Below, in pieces: positions 25,617 through 36,588 of a DNA stretch of 56,643 bases. Both the position numbers and the translations under genes were made by a program. Below the pieces are notes generated by a model. The model saw nothing but the letters and a program-made list of their open reading frames with translations. It did not search any database and was not told where the DNA came from. The stretch comes from a virus. Taxonomy: Duplodnaviria; Caudoviricetes. The stretch is from positions 1 through 56,643 of IMG/VR virus record IMGVR_UViG_3300033508_000293; one strand, written 5' to 3'. Numbering within the stretch: the stretch's first letter is position 1; every line of letters begins with the position of its first letter.

Positions 25617-26921
25617 TTAATCTTTTGTTTTTAAGAATTTTGAAATTTCTTTAACTCTTGTCCAATCACTTTCATCCATTGCTTTATTTAATTGGTAATT
25701 AAGTTCTGCTTGTCCTAATTTAGATAAATCTTCACCTTTTTTTTCTGGTTCTTTTTCATTAGTTTGTCTTATTAGTTTATCAATATCAGATTCTCCACCT
25801 TCATGACCAGCATGTAATGTATCTTCATCACTTTCATCTTCATGATAATTTTGTGGTGTATCATCTACCACTTCATCAGTTGCACCTAATATAGCTTTAC
25901 TAACTAATCCATCTTTACCACCTAATACTCTATCGGCAGCATCTGTATTTTTCATTAAAATATCTTTAATTAATTGAACAAATACACCTGCTGATAAATC
26001 CATCATTCCACTAAAAACAAATTCTTTTAAATTAGGAATACCTTGAACATCTTTAGTTTCTTTTCTTTGTAAATATCCATTGATATAATCTCTTAAATCA
26101 GCTGCAATAAATGGACCATATTTAATATCTTCTTCTTCATCTGGTAATGAATCAGTTAATTTAAGTAAAGCTTGAGCCATAACCGGATCATTTGGAATTG
26201 CTTTAGCTGTCATAAGTTCATAAATACCTTTTACTGTTTCATGAATTAACATAGGTAAATCTAATGCTCTAACTTTAATTTTTATTTTACCATCTTCTTC
26301 ATCACCTTCTGGATATTCAGTTTCCATTGCATTAGCCATTTCTGGTTGTTGTTTCATCATTTCAGCTAAATCAGCTGGTTTATTTTCATCCCAATCAAAT
26401 TTTCTATTTAATTCTAAAATTCTTGAATATAAATCCAATAAATTTTCATCAATTTCATCAATTTCATCTTTAGCTGTAAACATTAAAGAATGAATATTTT
26501 GTGCTTCACCTTGCATAATATTGTTTACAATTTTTCTTCTATCTACCTCATCTTTTGGTACATCAATAGGAACTTCATATGTTGGTTGATCTTCATCTTC
26601 TTCTTCATCTTGCATTTTTTTGGTCATTGCTAACTTTTCTTTATCATTTGGTTTAACAATTTTAATATCAAGAGTAATATCTTCTAACATTCTACCATAA
26701 TGTTGTAATAAGATTTCTTCACCAATTTGAGTTAGTTCTTCTTCATGACCATTTTGAATTCTAAACATTCTATTTAATGTTTGCATTAATTGTTGAATAT
26801 CTTGTCTAGATGGTCCACCTCTGTATGGTGTAGCTCTTTGTCTTACATCATTGATATAATCTTCTGGTAATGTATCTTTTATATCTGCTTCAAAAAGCTG
26901 ACTATATTTTTTTAATTTCAT
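25617..26921 (-). CDS. acidic protein with capsid-targeting-like leader
   Basis: MKLKKYSQLFEA; conserved-looking LIHETVKGIYE core; C-terminal helical hairpin. Confidence 0.7.
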   Translation of the reverse strand: MKLKKYSQLFEADIKDTLPEDYINDVRQRATPYRGGPSRQDIQQLMQTLNRMFRIQNGHEEELTQIGEEILLQHYGRMLEDITLDIKIVKPNDKEKLAMTKKMQDEEEDEDQPTYEVPIDVPKDEVDRRKIVNNIMQGEAQNIHSLMFTAKDEIDEIDENLLDLYSRILELNRKFDWDENKPADLAEMMKQQPEMANAMETEYPEGDEEDGKIKIKVRALDLPMLIHETVKGIYELMTAKAIPNDPVMAQALLKLTDSLPDEEEDIKYGPFIAADLRDYINGYLQRKETKDVQGIPNLKEFVFSGMMDLSAGVFVQLIKDILMKNTDAADRVLGGKDGLVSKAILGATDEVVDDTPQNYHEDESDEDTLHAGHEGGESDIDKLIRQTNEKEPEKKGEDLSKLGQAELNYQLNKAMDESDWTRVKEISKFLKTKD

Positions 26922-26924
26922 ATA

Positions 26925-27164
26925 TTATTTATATTTTTTCTTTAATAAAGATTGAATTTCTTTATTATTTTCTGTTAAAGATAGAAATTTTTCAGCAACA
27001 CTTTCAGCAGTAGCTTTAGGTTTAGGTGTAACTGATGGTTTATCTTTTCTATAAGGTGATGCTTTTCCTGGTCTTGTAGCAGGTGTAGTCATTGGTTTAG
27101 TTCTTGGCTGAACCATTGGTTGTGCATTTCCTTCTGTTATAAAATCTTTAAATGACTTAATCAT
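26925..27164 (-). CDS. small Pro/Thr/Lys-rich protein with capsid-targeting-like leader
   Basis: MIKSFKDFITEG, very close to the T4 internal-protein leader MKTYQEFIAE. Confidence 0.7.
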   Translation of the reverse strand: MIKSFKDFITEGNAQPMVQPRTKPMTTPATRPGKASPYRKDKPSVTPKPKATAESVAEKFLSLTENNKEIQSLLKKKYK

Positions 27165-27241
27165 GTTATTTCTTTTTTATTTTATATATTAAATATTAAT
27201 AATTGATTTTTTATATATAATAAAAATTAAATTATATTATT

Positions 27242-28417
27242 ATGAAAAGTAAAGAACAAATATTTGAATCTCTTTTAAGAGATGGTACAAAAAGACAAAT
27301 GGAAGAATTAAATAGAACTATTAAAAGTAGTGGTGGTGATATTCATGATAATGTAAGAAAAAGTCAAAATACAAAAGAAGATAAGATGAGTAATACATAT
27401 TATATGGATAATCCTTTTGATAGTAAAAGAACATCTATTGAAACACAAGAACATTTTGTAAAAAATGGTGCACATTATAGAACAGAACCAATGAAATCAA
27501 AAGACCCTAAAAAAATTAAAAAGACAAAAATGAAAAAAACTAATGAAGAACTAGAATTTAGTGATGGTATGAAATTTGATACATCAGGACCACTTAGAAA
27601 AGAAGAAAGAGAAGATGGTTGGTATGTTATTGGTAATGGAATGCTTATACCAGTTAGGGATGAACAAGAAGCTGATGAATATATTGATGACAAAGATGAA
27701 AATTATGGTTATCATTATAAAAAACAAGATTTTTATAAACGTGATAATAACATAAATATAGAGGATGAAGAAGTGGATGAAGAAGGACAAGAATATATTA
27801 GTAGACAAGGTAGGAAAATACCTATTAGTAGAGATTATCAATATGATGAAGATGAAGATGAAGACTTAAAAGAATATCAAAAATATAATTCTAAAAAGAA
27901 ATCTGATAAAACTAAATTAAATTTAAAAAGAAATGATAAAGCTATCAAAGACAAAGAAAAATTAGACAAAGAAGCAGATGAAGCTGGTAAAAAATCAGAA
28001 GAAAAAATAAATGAATCTAAAAAATCAACTAAAAAAGAACCATTTATTCCAACTAAAAAACTAAAAAATTTAAAAAGTTTTTATGAAATTTGTGATAAAG
28101 ATGGTAACGCTACTGAAAAATCTGATGTTAATGATGATTCATGGATTAAAGGAAGTAAAGAAGATAAGTTAAGACCTATGTTTGTAAACCTCCCAGATTC
28201 AACTATAAGACCATCTTATGATGTATTAAGAACTGGTAAGATGATTGCTATATTTGGAAAAGAAGGTCGTATAGTAGGTATTAAAAATGGTCAATTGTAT
28301 ATTAGTGTAATGAATGATGAAACTAATAAACATGAAACTATTAAATATGACATGGAAGATGTTGTAAAAGAATTAAAAAAATCAAATAAAAAGTCTAAAA
28401 AGGACTCAGATGAATAA
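27242..28417 (+). CDS. highly charged protein with several xNE/IFE sites
   Basis: QIFES, KTNEE, KINES; follows a TATATA box. Confidence 0.7.
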   Translation: MKSKEQIFESLLRDGTKRQMEELNRTIKSSGGDIHDNVRKSQNTKEDKMSNTYYMDNPFDSKRTSIETQEHFVKNGAHYRTEPMKSKDPKKIKKTKMKKTNEELEFSDGMKFDTSGPLRKEEREDGWYVIGNGMLIPVRDEQEADEYIDDKDENYGYHYKKQDFYKRDNNINIEDEEVDEEGQEYISRQGRKIPISRDYQYDEDEDEDLKEYQKYNSKKKSDKTKLNLKRNDKAIKDKEKLDKEADEAGKKSEEKINESKKSTKKEPFIPTKKLKNLKSFYEICDKDGNATEKSDVNDDSWIKGSKEDKLRPMFVNLPDSTIRPSYDVLRTGKMIAIFGKEGRIVGIKNGQLYISVMNDETNKHETIKYDMEDVVKELKKSNKKSKKDSDE

Positions 28418-28446
28418 ATATATAATAAAAAATAATAATATAAAAT

Positions 28447-28713
28447 ATGTTTAAAAAATTATGGGAAAAACTAAAGAATTTATTTACTTCAAAAGAAGAT
28501 TGTTGTAAAGAAGGTAGTGATTGTTGTAAAGAAAAAGTGGTTGTTAAACCAGTTGAAGTTGTTAAACCAGTTGAAGTCGTTAAACCAACTACAACAAAAC
28601 CAAAATCAACAACAGGTGCAACCGGAACATCAGGTGCATCAGGTGCATCAAAACCAAAATCAACAACAGGTGCAACCGGAACATCAGGCGCATCAAAACC
28701 AAAAAAGAAGTAA
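28447..28713 (+). CDS. small low-complexity basic protein with tandem repeats
   Basis: Amphipathic N-terminus, CCKE x2, VVKPVE repeats, KPKSTTGATGTSGAS x2. Confidence 0.6.
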   Translation: MFKKLWEKLKNLFTSKEDCCKEGSDCCKEKVVVKPVEVVKPVEVVKPTTTKPKSTTGATGTSGASGASKPKSTTGATGTSGASKPKKK

Positions 28714-28724
28714 TAACTTAAAAT

Positions 28725-28759
28725 AAAAAAGGAGAACATTAAATGTTCTCCTTTTTTTT
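28725..28759. terminator. bidirectional terminator
   Basis: AAAAAAGGAGAACATT / AATGTTCTCCTTTTTT inverted repeat between convergent genes. Confidence 0.85.
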
Positions 28760-29597
28760 ATTTTCCTAAATCTGCATCTGTAACAGGATATATTTTATTT
28801 TCTGTTATTTTATCTTCAGGTTGTTCAAATCCTTCTTCAATTTCTTTTGGTGCCAATACATGATCTAATGATGTACCCCATATTTTAGCATCATCTTTAA
28901 GTCTTTCAACAATAATATTGTATGCATTGAAGATTCTATTTGTCTGAGCAATCTTATAAAGAACACTACGGAATAATTTAAATTCATCTGTTATACCTTT
29001 TACTTTATAATCTTTAATTAAATGGTGAAGTAATAATATTTTTTTAATACTTATTTTAAAGACATAAGTTTCTTTTGTTTTATCTTTTTCATATTCTGTT
29101 TTAGCTTCTTCCCAAAAATTCTCAATGAATTCAGTATAATTAAATACTTCATCTCCATTATATTCAATTGTTTTAGTAAGAACTTTATCTAAAAATTTAA
29201 ATTCTCTATTATCTACTTCGAAATTAAATGACATATCATTTAAATATTTAATATATGAATTTAGAAGATAATTAAAAATTGAATACACTTTTTCAATATC
29301 AGATACTTTCATAGATGTAATAATTTCACCATTTGGGTCATATTTTCTAATAAAGTCTTTTATTGTATCTCTTTTATTATTTAATTCTTTAACAAATTCT
29401 TCATCAATACAACTAACTGCATATTCACCTACTACATTTTCTGCTTCATCTTGTTTCAATGTATTATTTTTATTTGCAATTTTTGCAATTGCATCATAAT
29501 AAGTATTATGATCAAATGATTCTACATTTTTAAAGTCTATTGTTTCCAATTCTTTTGCTTTATCTACTACTACTTGAAATTCTGTATTTTCTACCAT
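28758..29597 (-). CDS. hypothetical helical protein
   Basis: Long ORF; no recognised motif. Confidence 0.7.
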   Translation of the reverse strand: MVENTEFQVVVDKAKELETIDFKNVESFDHNTYYDAIAKIANKNNTLKQDEAENVVGEYAVSCIDEEFVKELNNKRDTIKDFIRKYDPNGEIITSMKVSDIEKVYSIFNYLLNSYIKYLNDMSFNFEVDNREFKFLDKVLTKTIEYNGDEVFNYTEFIENFWEEAKTEYEKDKTKETYVFKISIKKILLLHHLIKDYKVKGITDEFKLFRSVLYKIAQTNRIFNAYNIIVERLKDDAKIWGTSLDHVLAPKEIEEGFEQPEDKITENKIYPVTDADLGK

Positions 29598-29652
29598 TTT
29601 AATTATTTTGTTATTTTTTATTATATATTGAGTGAAATTGGTTCAAAATAAA

Positions 29653-30078
29653 TTATTCTTCATTTTGTTCACTTTTACTTTCTGAAAGTAATCTTTCAGT
29701 TTCATTTGCTCTTTCAACACTTGCATATGTATGTCTTTTAATTATACCAATGGATGTTTTTAAATTAGGTTGAATTAATTTAAAAGTACCTTTATCAAGA
29801 TTAACTTGAATCTTATCTATTTCTTGTTCAAGAAGAATTGTTCTTATTTCTTCATCAAATTTATCAAAATAACTATCATTGAATGTTACTAATACATCAG
29901 CATTTAATAATACTGAATAATTATCTGCTAATTTTTGTATTTTTACTAATGATTTTTGTTTTGAATTTACTTGGAAGATATACTTGATGGTCATTGCGAA
30001 AGCAAATTCTCTTTCTACTTCATTGAAGAAATCTACTATTTCCTTATCTAATTCATAATACTGATCTGTTTTTTGCAT
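29653..30078 (-). CDS. hypothetical protein, possibly a degenerate phage metallopeptidase-like fold
   Basis: F......R.ILLEQEIDKI sits where such proteins have L.DHEL.H; no zinc-binding His present. Confidence 0.5.
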   Translation of the reverse strand: MQKTDQYYELDKEIVDFFNEVEREFAFAMTIKYIFQVNSKQKSLVKIQKLADNYSVLLNADVLVTFNDSYFDKFDEEIRTILLEQEIDKIQVNLDKGTFKLIQPNLKTSIGIIKRHTYASVERANETERLLSESKSEQNEE

Positions 30079-30103
30079 TTTATTTTAAATTATTTTTTAT
30101 ATT

Positions 30104-30565
30104 TTACACAAATATTCTTGTTATGAGATATAGTACAAAAACTAAAATAAGTCCTATACCAAGTCCTAAAAATGATCCAATTAAAAATCCTAATCCACCA
30201 AATATTAGGGTTATAAAAGACCAAATGAATTTATTAAACATTTTAGATGTATCTAAATGTTTAAATCTAAATGCTAAACCAATTTCTCTTTCACTTAAAG
30301 GTACTGCTTCCATAAGACCAACAAATTCAGTTAAACCTATTTGAATGAATGTTTTATCAATTCTAGACATTTCTTTTTGAACTAATGTATTAACATATTT
30401 AAATCCATATTCATTAACATTATCTACTTCATCAGCTGGAATTACATAAGTTTTATACATTCTCCATACCCAATCAATAGATATGTTATGTTGTTGTTTT
30501 AATAATTCTTCATTTTTTCTGAGAATACGAATATAAATTAAAAGTAATTTTAATTTTTTAAACAT
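30104..30565 (-). CDS. membrane-anchored protein
   Basis: C-terminal Gly-rich double TM. Confidence 0.65.
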   Translation of the reverse strand: MFKKLKLLLIYIRILRKNEELLKQQHNISIDWVWRMYKTYVIPADEVDNVNEYGFKYVNTLVQKEMSRIDKTFIQIGLTEFVGLMEAVPLSEREIGLAFRFKHLDTSKMFNKFIWSFITLIFGGLGFLIGSFLGLGIGLILVFVLYLITRIFV

Positions 30566-30624
30566 AATAAAAAGTGTTTTTGTTTATTTATATATGAAAT
30601 ATGGAAAAATGTTTAAAAATAATT

Positions 30625-33171
30625 TTAATTTACACTATCATTTTTTCCGGTATTTTGTGGACCCTGTTCGGAGATAACATATCCTAATAATTCATCAAAT
30701 TTTTTAATTACAGTATCAAATCTTTCAATCATTATATCTTGTTTATCCTTTAATTTTTCACCTCCACCAAAAGTAGATTTAATTACTTCTGTTGCTTTTT
30801 GTTTAAATGATTCTGCACCAGACATTTCTTTACCTTCAATAACATTTGATAATTTATCTTTATTATTATCTAATACACCTATTACTTTTTGTAATTTTTG
30901 GTCATCAATAACTGACATTATTGTTACACTTGCAGTTAATTTAGCTAATTTATCAATACCTGATTCTTTTAATTTATTTGCAGCTTTACCAAAATCTTTT
31001 AATACTTCAATAAAATCTTGTAATTTTTTTAATTGACTCTTATCAGGTACTTTATTAACAAATACATCCATCATATTAATTAATTGATTCATCCAAGTAT
31101 CATTTGGACCACCTGTAAAATTACCCTTTGATAATACATCAGCCACTTCAACCATAGATTCTGCAATACTTAATATACCTTTTCTATCTTTTCTTGAAGT
31201 TTTTATATCATCATTTTGTGCTATTTTAGCAAAAAATAATAATGAATCACTGGTATTACTTAACCATTCTTTTGTTGGTCCACCATTATATTTTCCCATA
31301 TTAAGGAGATGTGATATTGCTACTATTGATGTTGCAACAATCAATGTAACACCTACACCAATTAATATTGGTATTATACCAACTGCAAGTCCAATCATTA
31401 TAGCAGAAAATTTAATTATAGTTAATCCAACACCATTTGTCCATTCAGTAGGTGGATATGTATCATATTTACCCATATTAAATATATATGCAACTGTAAC
31501 AATAGATGATGCAACTGCTATCATAACTTTGGCACCAATTACAATAAATAATCCAAGTGCACCTAATCCTAACATTAATGTAGAAAATGTTATTATTGAT
31601 AAACCAACACCATTTGCCCATTCAGTAGGGGAATATGTACCATAATTACCATTACTTAATATTTCTGCTATATCTACTATTGTATTTGCTACAACTTTAA
31701 TAATTTTACTTCCATGATTAACAAGTAATCCAACACCAGGAATACCTAATATTAATAATGCAGTGGTAAATCCTAATAATGATAAACCAACACCAAGTGC
31801 CCAACCTAATGATGGATATTTATCATATTTACCATTTGATAATATATGTGATACACCTACAATTGCATCGGCAACAACTAATGATAATCCAGCACCAAAT
31901 ACAATTGCAACAGCACCAGCACCTGTCATTGCAAGTAATCCCAATACTAATACTGCTGGTGTAAACATAATTAATGATAATCCTACACCTAATGCCCATT
32001 TCCAATCAGGATAATTACCATAATTTCCTACACTTAATATGTGACTTGATATCATTATAGCAACAGAAACAATAACAGCACCCAATGCACCCATTAACAT
32101 TTCTTCTGGTTTCATAAATTTACCCAATACAAAAACAGCAGGTAAGAAAAATATAATAGCTAATCCCATTGCCAATGAACCAAATATTATTCCCATTGGG
32201 TCCTCAGGTGTTTCAAATAATTGAAATGCCCAACTAGCAACCACTATTCCAGCTGCAATTCCTGGTATAAGTGCCAAAGCCAATCCAACTCCTTTTATAT
32301 CAATATTACCTTCTTTACCTTTTAATGCTTTTAAAACCATATATACAGCAATAGCACCAACTACAAGAGCAGCACCAACAAATATTGCAGTAAGTGCCTG
32401 CATAAATCCAACAGGTGCAGTTAATTTTAGTACCCAAGATGATGCAACTATACCAAGTGCAATTGCAGGTAATATAATTGGTAATAATAAATATTTCCAC
32501 ATATCTTTTGGGTTCATTTCTAAATCTTTAATAGCTTTAAAAATAAAAAATGCACCAATACCTAATGCAGCACTAACCATAACAAAAGAAAGTAATTGTT
32601 CTTTTTTCATTGGTTGGAATGCCTTTAGAAAAAAACTTGAAATAGTAAGAGCAACAGAAATTGCAATTAAAGCCAATCCAACTTGTATAGTTTTTTTCTC
32701 ATCCAATTCTTCAATTTTTGCAATTTCTGCAAAAGCAAATGCAACAGCCATCATACCAAAACTAAGTGCTATTACAGATAAGAAATCTACCTTTCCTATG
32801 ATTTTAAATGCCATACCAATTGCAAGTACACCAGCAGCAATTAATATAACTGTTTTTATTCCATCTACTATTTTATTCTTATTTTCCTTTCCTTCTATTT
32901 TATCAGCCATCCCATTTTCTTTTTGTTTTCTGGATGCTTTTATTTCTTCTAATATTTTATCTTGTTGTTTTCTAATAGTTTCATTGGAAGAAATCAATAC
33001 TTTCATTCCTTCTGATATTTCTTTAATTTTAGCACTATCTAAGGCAGCAGATACTTCATTAATAGAGTCACCTCCTTTTTTATTCATATCTGTCATTAGT
33101 GTAACTAAATCACCAAGGGAATCCGTAAAATTTTTTAAATTATCAACAAATTCTTTTCTTATATCAGCCAT
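30625..33171 (-). CDS. tape-measure-like / membrane-inserting virion protein
   Basis: Coiled-coil termini, long Ala/Gly/Ile-rich hydrophobic core, six G.Y..[YG]P...W repeats of about 60 aa. Confidence 0.6.
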   Translation of the reverse strand: MADIRKEFVDNLKNFTDSLGDLVTLMTDMNKKGGDSINEVSAALDSAKIKEISEGMKVLISSNETIRKQQDKILEEIKASRKQKENGMADKIEGKENKNKIVDGIKTVILIAAGVLAIGMAFKIIGKVDFLSVIALSFGMMAVAFAFAEIAKIEELDEKKTIQVGLALIAISVALTISSFFLKAFQPMKKEQLLSFVMVSAALGIGAFFIFKAIKDLEMNPKDMWKYLLLPIILPAIALGIVASSWVLKLTAPVGFMQALTAIFVGAALVVGAIAVYMVLKALKGKEGNIDIKGVGLALALIPGIAAGIVVASWAFQLFETPEDPMGIIFGSLAMGLAIIFFLPAVFVLGKFMKPEEMLMGALGAVIVSVAIMISSHILSVGNYGNYPDWKWALGVGLSLIMFTPAVLVLGLLAMTGAGAVAIVFGAGLSLVVADAIVGVSHILSNGKYDKYPSLGWALGVGLSLLGFTTALLILGIPGVGLLVNHGSKIIKVVANTIVDIAEILSNGNYGTYSPTEWANGVGLSIITFSTLMLGLGALGLFIVIGAKVMIAVASSIVTVAYIFNMGKYDTYPPTEWTNGVGLTIIKFSAIMIGLAVGIIPILIGVGVTLIVATSIVAISHLLNMGKYNGGPTKEWLSNTSDSLLFFAKIAQNDDIKTSRKDRKGILSIAESMVEVADVLSKGNFTGGPNDTWMNQLINMMDVFVNKVPDKSQLKKLQDFIEVLKDFGKAANKLKESGIDKLAKLTASVTIMSVIDDQKLQKVIGVLDNNKDKLSNVIEGKEMSGAESFKQKATEVIKSTFGGGEKLKDKQDIMIERFDTVIKKFDELLGYVISEQGPQNTGKNDSVN

Positions 33172-33187
33172 AATTTATAAAAATAGT

Positions 33188-33541
33188 TTATTTCTTTAGG
33201 TTTTCAATATTTTCTTTAAAAGTTTGTAGAGTTAATTCATATTTCTCTATTTCTTTTTGTAAGTCTTCTATTGCTTTACCCATTTGACCTTTTCTTTTTT
33301 CAACAAGTTCTTTATTATCTTCTGTAAAAAATTCAACTTCTAATTTTTCTAAATTTTCCAATTTAGTTTCTAGTTCTTCTTTCTTTAATGCAATTTTTTC
33401 TTTAAGTTCTTCAATACTTTTTTCAATATTTTGAACATTATTTACTTTGATTTCATTATTATCAGCCATATCTTTCATAATATTTTCATATGGTTCTCTT
33501 GCAGCTTCTACAAATAATTTATATGTTTTTATGTTTTTCAT
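33188..33541 (-). CDS. coiled-coil protein with capsid-targeting-like leader
   Basis: MKNIKTYKLFVEA. Confidence 0.7.
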   Translation of the reverse strand: MKNIKTYKLFVEAAREPYENIMKDMADNNEIKVNNVQNIEKSIEELKEKIALKKEELETKLENLEKLEVEFFTEDNKELVEKRKGQMGKAIEDLQKEIEKYELTLQTFKENIENLKK

Positions 33542-34398
33542 TTATTTTGATTATTCATTTGTTTATTAGAATCTACATTTCCTTGTTTTTTTTGATTATT
33601 TGGTTGTTGATTATTATCTTTTCCTTGTTTTTCTTTTTTGGCTTCTTCTTTTTCTTCAGTAGTATTATATATCCCATGTTCAAATCTCCAACCTTTAAGT
33701 TTTTCTTTTAATTTATTAAATGTATCAATATACTTATTAAATATTACACTATAATTTTTTTGAAATTTTTCATATAAATTAAATAATCTATTTAATTTCT
33801 TCACTGTATCAATATTTGGTAGATCGGATAGAGTTGTCATTATATTAGAAATAGCTGTAAAATTATTTTCACCCTTACCATATAATTTCCCAATAGTTAA
33901 TGCACTAAGATATCTATTATCAGCCCATTCATATCCAATTATTGTTTGATTACTACCATCAGTACCACCTGTATTAAAAGCAAATGTAAATACTTTCATT
34001 TCTACTTGATTTGAATTTTTATATTTATAAACATAACCTAATTCAATTTCTTCTTTTTTAGGTTCTTCTTCAATTTTTTTGAAAAAAGATTTACGATCTT
34101 TACTAACTGGGATGTTTTTTCCACCATCTACTGGTGTACAAAGATATTTATCTGTTATAGCAGAAAGTACAATTTGGATATTTTCTCCACCTTCAGTTCT
34201 TGTATATGTATATTTTTGACCAACTACTAATTCAGGTGTACTATCAGATTTTTCTTGTCTTCTCTTATTCTGTAAATCTTTCATCAGTTGTACAAGAGAT
34301 TTAACATCTTTAACAATATCTTCTTGTTTAATTTTAGTTCCAGTAGTAGGTGCGTCTACTTCTTCATTTAAAAATGTTTTATATTTAGTAATTATCAT
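33538..34398 (-). CDS. hypothetical protein with capsid-targeting-like leader
   Basis: MIITKYKTFLNEE; Asn/Gln-rich tail. Confidence 0.7.
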   Translation of the reverse strand: MIITKYKTFLNEEVDAPTTGTKIKQEDIVKDVKSLVQLMKDLQNKRRQEKSDSTPELVVGQKYTYTRTEGGENIQIVLSAITDKYLCTPVDGGKNIPVSKDRKSFFKKIEEEPKKEEIELGYVYKYKNSNQVEMKVFTFAFNTGGTDGSNQTIIGYEWADNRYLSALTIGKLYGKGENNFTAISNIMTTLSDLPNIDTVKKLNRLFNLYEKFQKNYSVIFNKYIDTFNKLKEKLKGWRFEHGIYNTTEEKEEAKKEKQGKDNNQQPNNQKKQGNVDSNKQMNNQNK

Positions 34399-34409
34399 TT
34401 TATTTTATT

Positions 34410-36584
34410 TTATTTTTTTCTTATAATTTCCATAATTTCTTTTAATTTAGGATCTTTAATCAAATCACTAAATTTTGGTGTTTTCATAGTATCATCAATT
34501 CCATATTTTGACATATTAGAAAAATCTTTTAAATACAATATATCAGTTATTTCAATTTTGTTAGTATATAATACCCCATCATCAGTTATATTTTGTGGTG
34601 TAACACTTATCTGTATTATTTTTGATATACCTTGTTGATTTTTTTTAATATAAGATAATGTATAATCTTTATTTAACGCACTACATTTATTATCACTATA
34701 TATATTAAACACATTTAATTGATTACTTTGACTAGTTGATTTACCCGGAACTCTTATAACATCATAATATTGAATAAAATAAGTTGCCATATATGGAAAA
34801 TTTCCAGATTTTGGGTTATTATCATTAAATACTTTATATAAGTCTTCTTTTTTATAAGTAATATGTTCTTTAATTTTAGTTTCATCTGTTTCTGCTTCTA
34901 ATTTTTTCATATTATTTATAATTCCTATAATTTTTAAAACAGAATATTTTTTAGTGTTTATTGTTACTTCATCATTTATGTAGATATAATCTCTATTATC
35001 TGTTTTTAAAATACCAGCAACCCCTGTGGAAGTCTTTGGAAACCCCTTAACTAAACCTAAAATAGAATTTTTCTCTGCTTTATCATTAACTGCATCACCT
35101 GCACTTTTTACTAATTTACCAGCATCTTGTTTTAATTTATCTAAATCCGGTGCATCTTTAGATAATGCTGCTGGATTAACTTGATCAGTGTACATATATC
35201 TACTAAAAAGTGCTAAAATATCATTAGACATTTTTGCCCAAGTATTTTTTATTCTTAAAGTAGCATTAGTATCTGCTGCGGAATCTGCCCACATTCTTTC
35301 TGCTGCTAATTGTATTTTTACAATTGGTGCATAATTTTCTTTTACAAGTGCAGTAACACCTTCTTTTACTTCTTTAGGTTCAAACTTTTTAGCAAAGTCT
35401 TTGTTTTCTAATATAGACATATCTAAATTACCAACCTCGTCTGCTAATTTTTTATCTACACCAAATAATTTAACACCCCTAAAAGAAAACCCTTTAGATA
35501 TTTTAAATTCTTCATTTAAAAATTCACCATCTGTAAAATTAAATGATGCATTTTGATTAACATTTTGCTGTTGTTGTTGTTTTTGTTGTTGCCCACTACC
35601 AGTTGGTGGTGTATTACCATCACTATCTGATGTACTATCATCAGTTTGATTTTGGGGTACAATTGATTTTTCTATTTGTTTAATTAATGCTTCAAATATA
35701 GTTTTTTCTTTTTTAGTTTGTTTTAATTCTGCTTCTTTTATTATTATTTGATCAGAAGATATATCGTTTTTTTCATCATCTTTTTTTGTTTTTAAAGTTT
35801 CTTCTATTTCAGTAATAGTTTTATCTAATTCTTTAATAAATTCCTTAAGTTGGGATATTGTATCATTTTTCAATTGTTCAACATTATCAGTATCAACATT
35901 TTTTAATTCTTGATCAATATTTTTAAACAAATCAAGAATGTCCTTATCAAACCCTTCAAATTCTTCAACAGGAATACCAAATATTGTTTCACCCATATTT
36001 TCAATACCACCATTAATTTTATCTTCTATTTCTTTTGATATTGGTGCATCATACATTTTTATAATAATACCATCTTTTACATCAAAAGAAGTATTATCAT
36101 CTATTTTTAAGTACTTACCATCAACTTCTAATGGTTTATCATCTTTAAGAACTTTTGAACCTACAAGATAAAGACTCATTAATTTCTTTTCATTTGTAAA
36201 TTTAACTTCTATTTCTTCTACATTAATACCTTCTTTACTACCATCTAAATTTTCTAATTGTTTAATTTTATATAATGTATTAGGATCTTCACCTGTAAAA
36301 TCATTTTTAGCAGCATATCTAAGTACACAAGCTAAATATTCACGAAACAATGCTTTTTTATAAAGAAAAAGAATCCCTTCATTTACTTTTCTTCTGAAAA
36401 ATCCAAATATTTTAGCAACACCTGCTCCAATTAAAGTATTTTCCCATCCTGCCATATTACCTTTAACATTAGCAAAATAAGTATCACCACCACCACCATA
36501 AGATCCTGCTCTTGGGTCAGCATAGGTTTCTTCATTTAATTTTCTATATTCTTTAAAATTTTCAAATTTTGTTATGTTTTTCAT
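34410..36584 (-). CDS. large putative internal head protein with leader and internal FLNE site
   Basis: MKNITKFENFKEYRKLNEE; poly-Q linker followed by EFLNEEF. Confidence 0.7.
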   Translation of the reverse strand: MKNITKFENFKEYRKLNEETYADPRAGSYGGGGDTYFANVKGNMAGWENTLIGAGVAKIFGFFRRKVNEGILFLYKKALFREYLACVLRYAAKNDFTGEDPNTLYKIKQLENLDGSKEGINVEEIEVKFTNEKKLMSLYLVGSKVLKDDKPLEVDGKYLKIDDNTSFDVKDGIIIKMYDAPISKEIEDKINGGIENMGETIFGIPVEEFEGFDKDILDLFKNIDQELKNVDTDNVEQLKNDTISQLKEFIKELDKTITEIEETLKTKKDDEKNDISSDQIIIKEAELKQTKKEKTIFEALIKQIEKSIVPQNQTDDSTSDSDGNTPPTGSGQQQKQQQQQNVNQNASFNFTDGEFLNEEFKISKGFSFRGVKLFGVDKKLADEVGNLDMSILENKDFAKKFEPKEVKEGVTALVKENYAPIVKIQLAAERMWADSAADTNATLRIKNTWAKMSNDILALFSRYMYTDQVNPAALSKDAPDLDKLKQDAGKLVKSAGDAVNDKAEKNSILGLVKGFPKTSTGVAGILKTDNRDYIYINDEVTINTKKYSVLKIIGIINNMKKLEAETDETKIKEHITYKKEDLYKVFNDNNPKSGNFPYMATYFIQYYDVIRVPGKSTSQSNQLNVFNIYSDNKCSALNKDYTLSYIKKNQQGISKIIQISVTPQNITDDGVLYTNKIEITDILYLKDFSNMSKYGIDDTMKTPKFSDLIKDPKLKEIMEIIRKK

Positions 36585-36588
36585 ATTA

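Noticed and set aside
25617-26921. Zinc metalloprotease (LIHETVKG)
   Set aside because: HExxK rather than HExxH; insufficient support for a protease call.
28725-28740. Second strong SD (AAGGAG)
   Set aside because: It is one arm of a bidirectional terminator between convergent genes, with no downstream gene on that strand.
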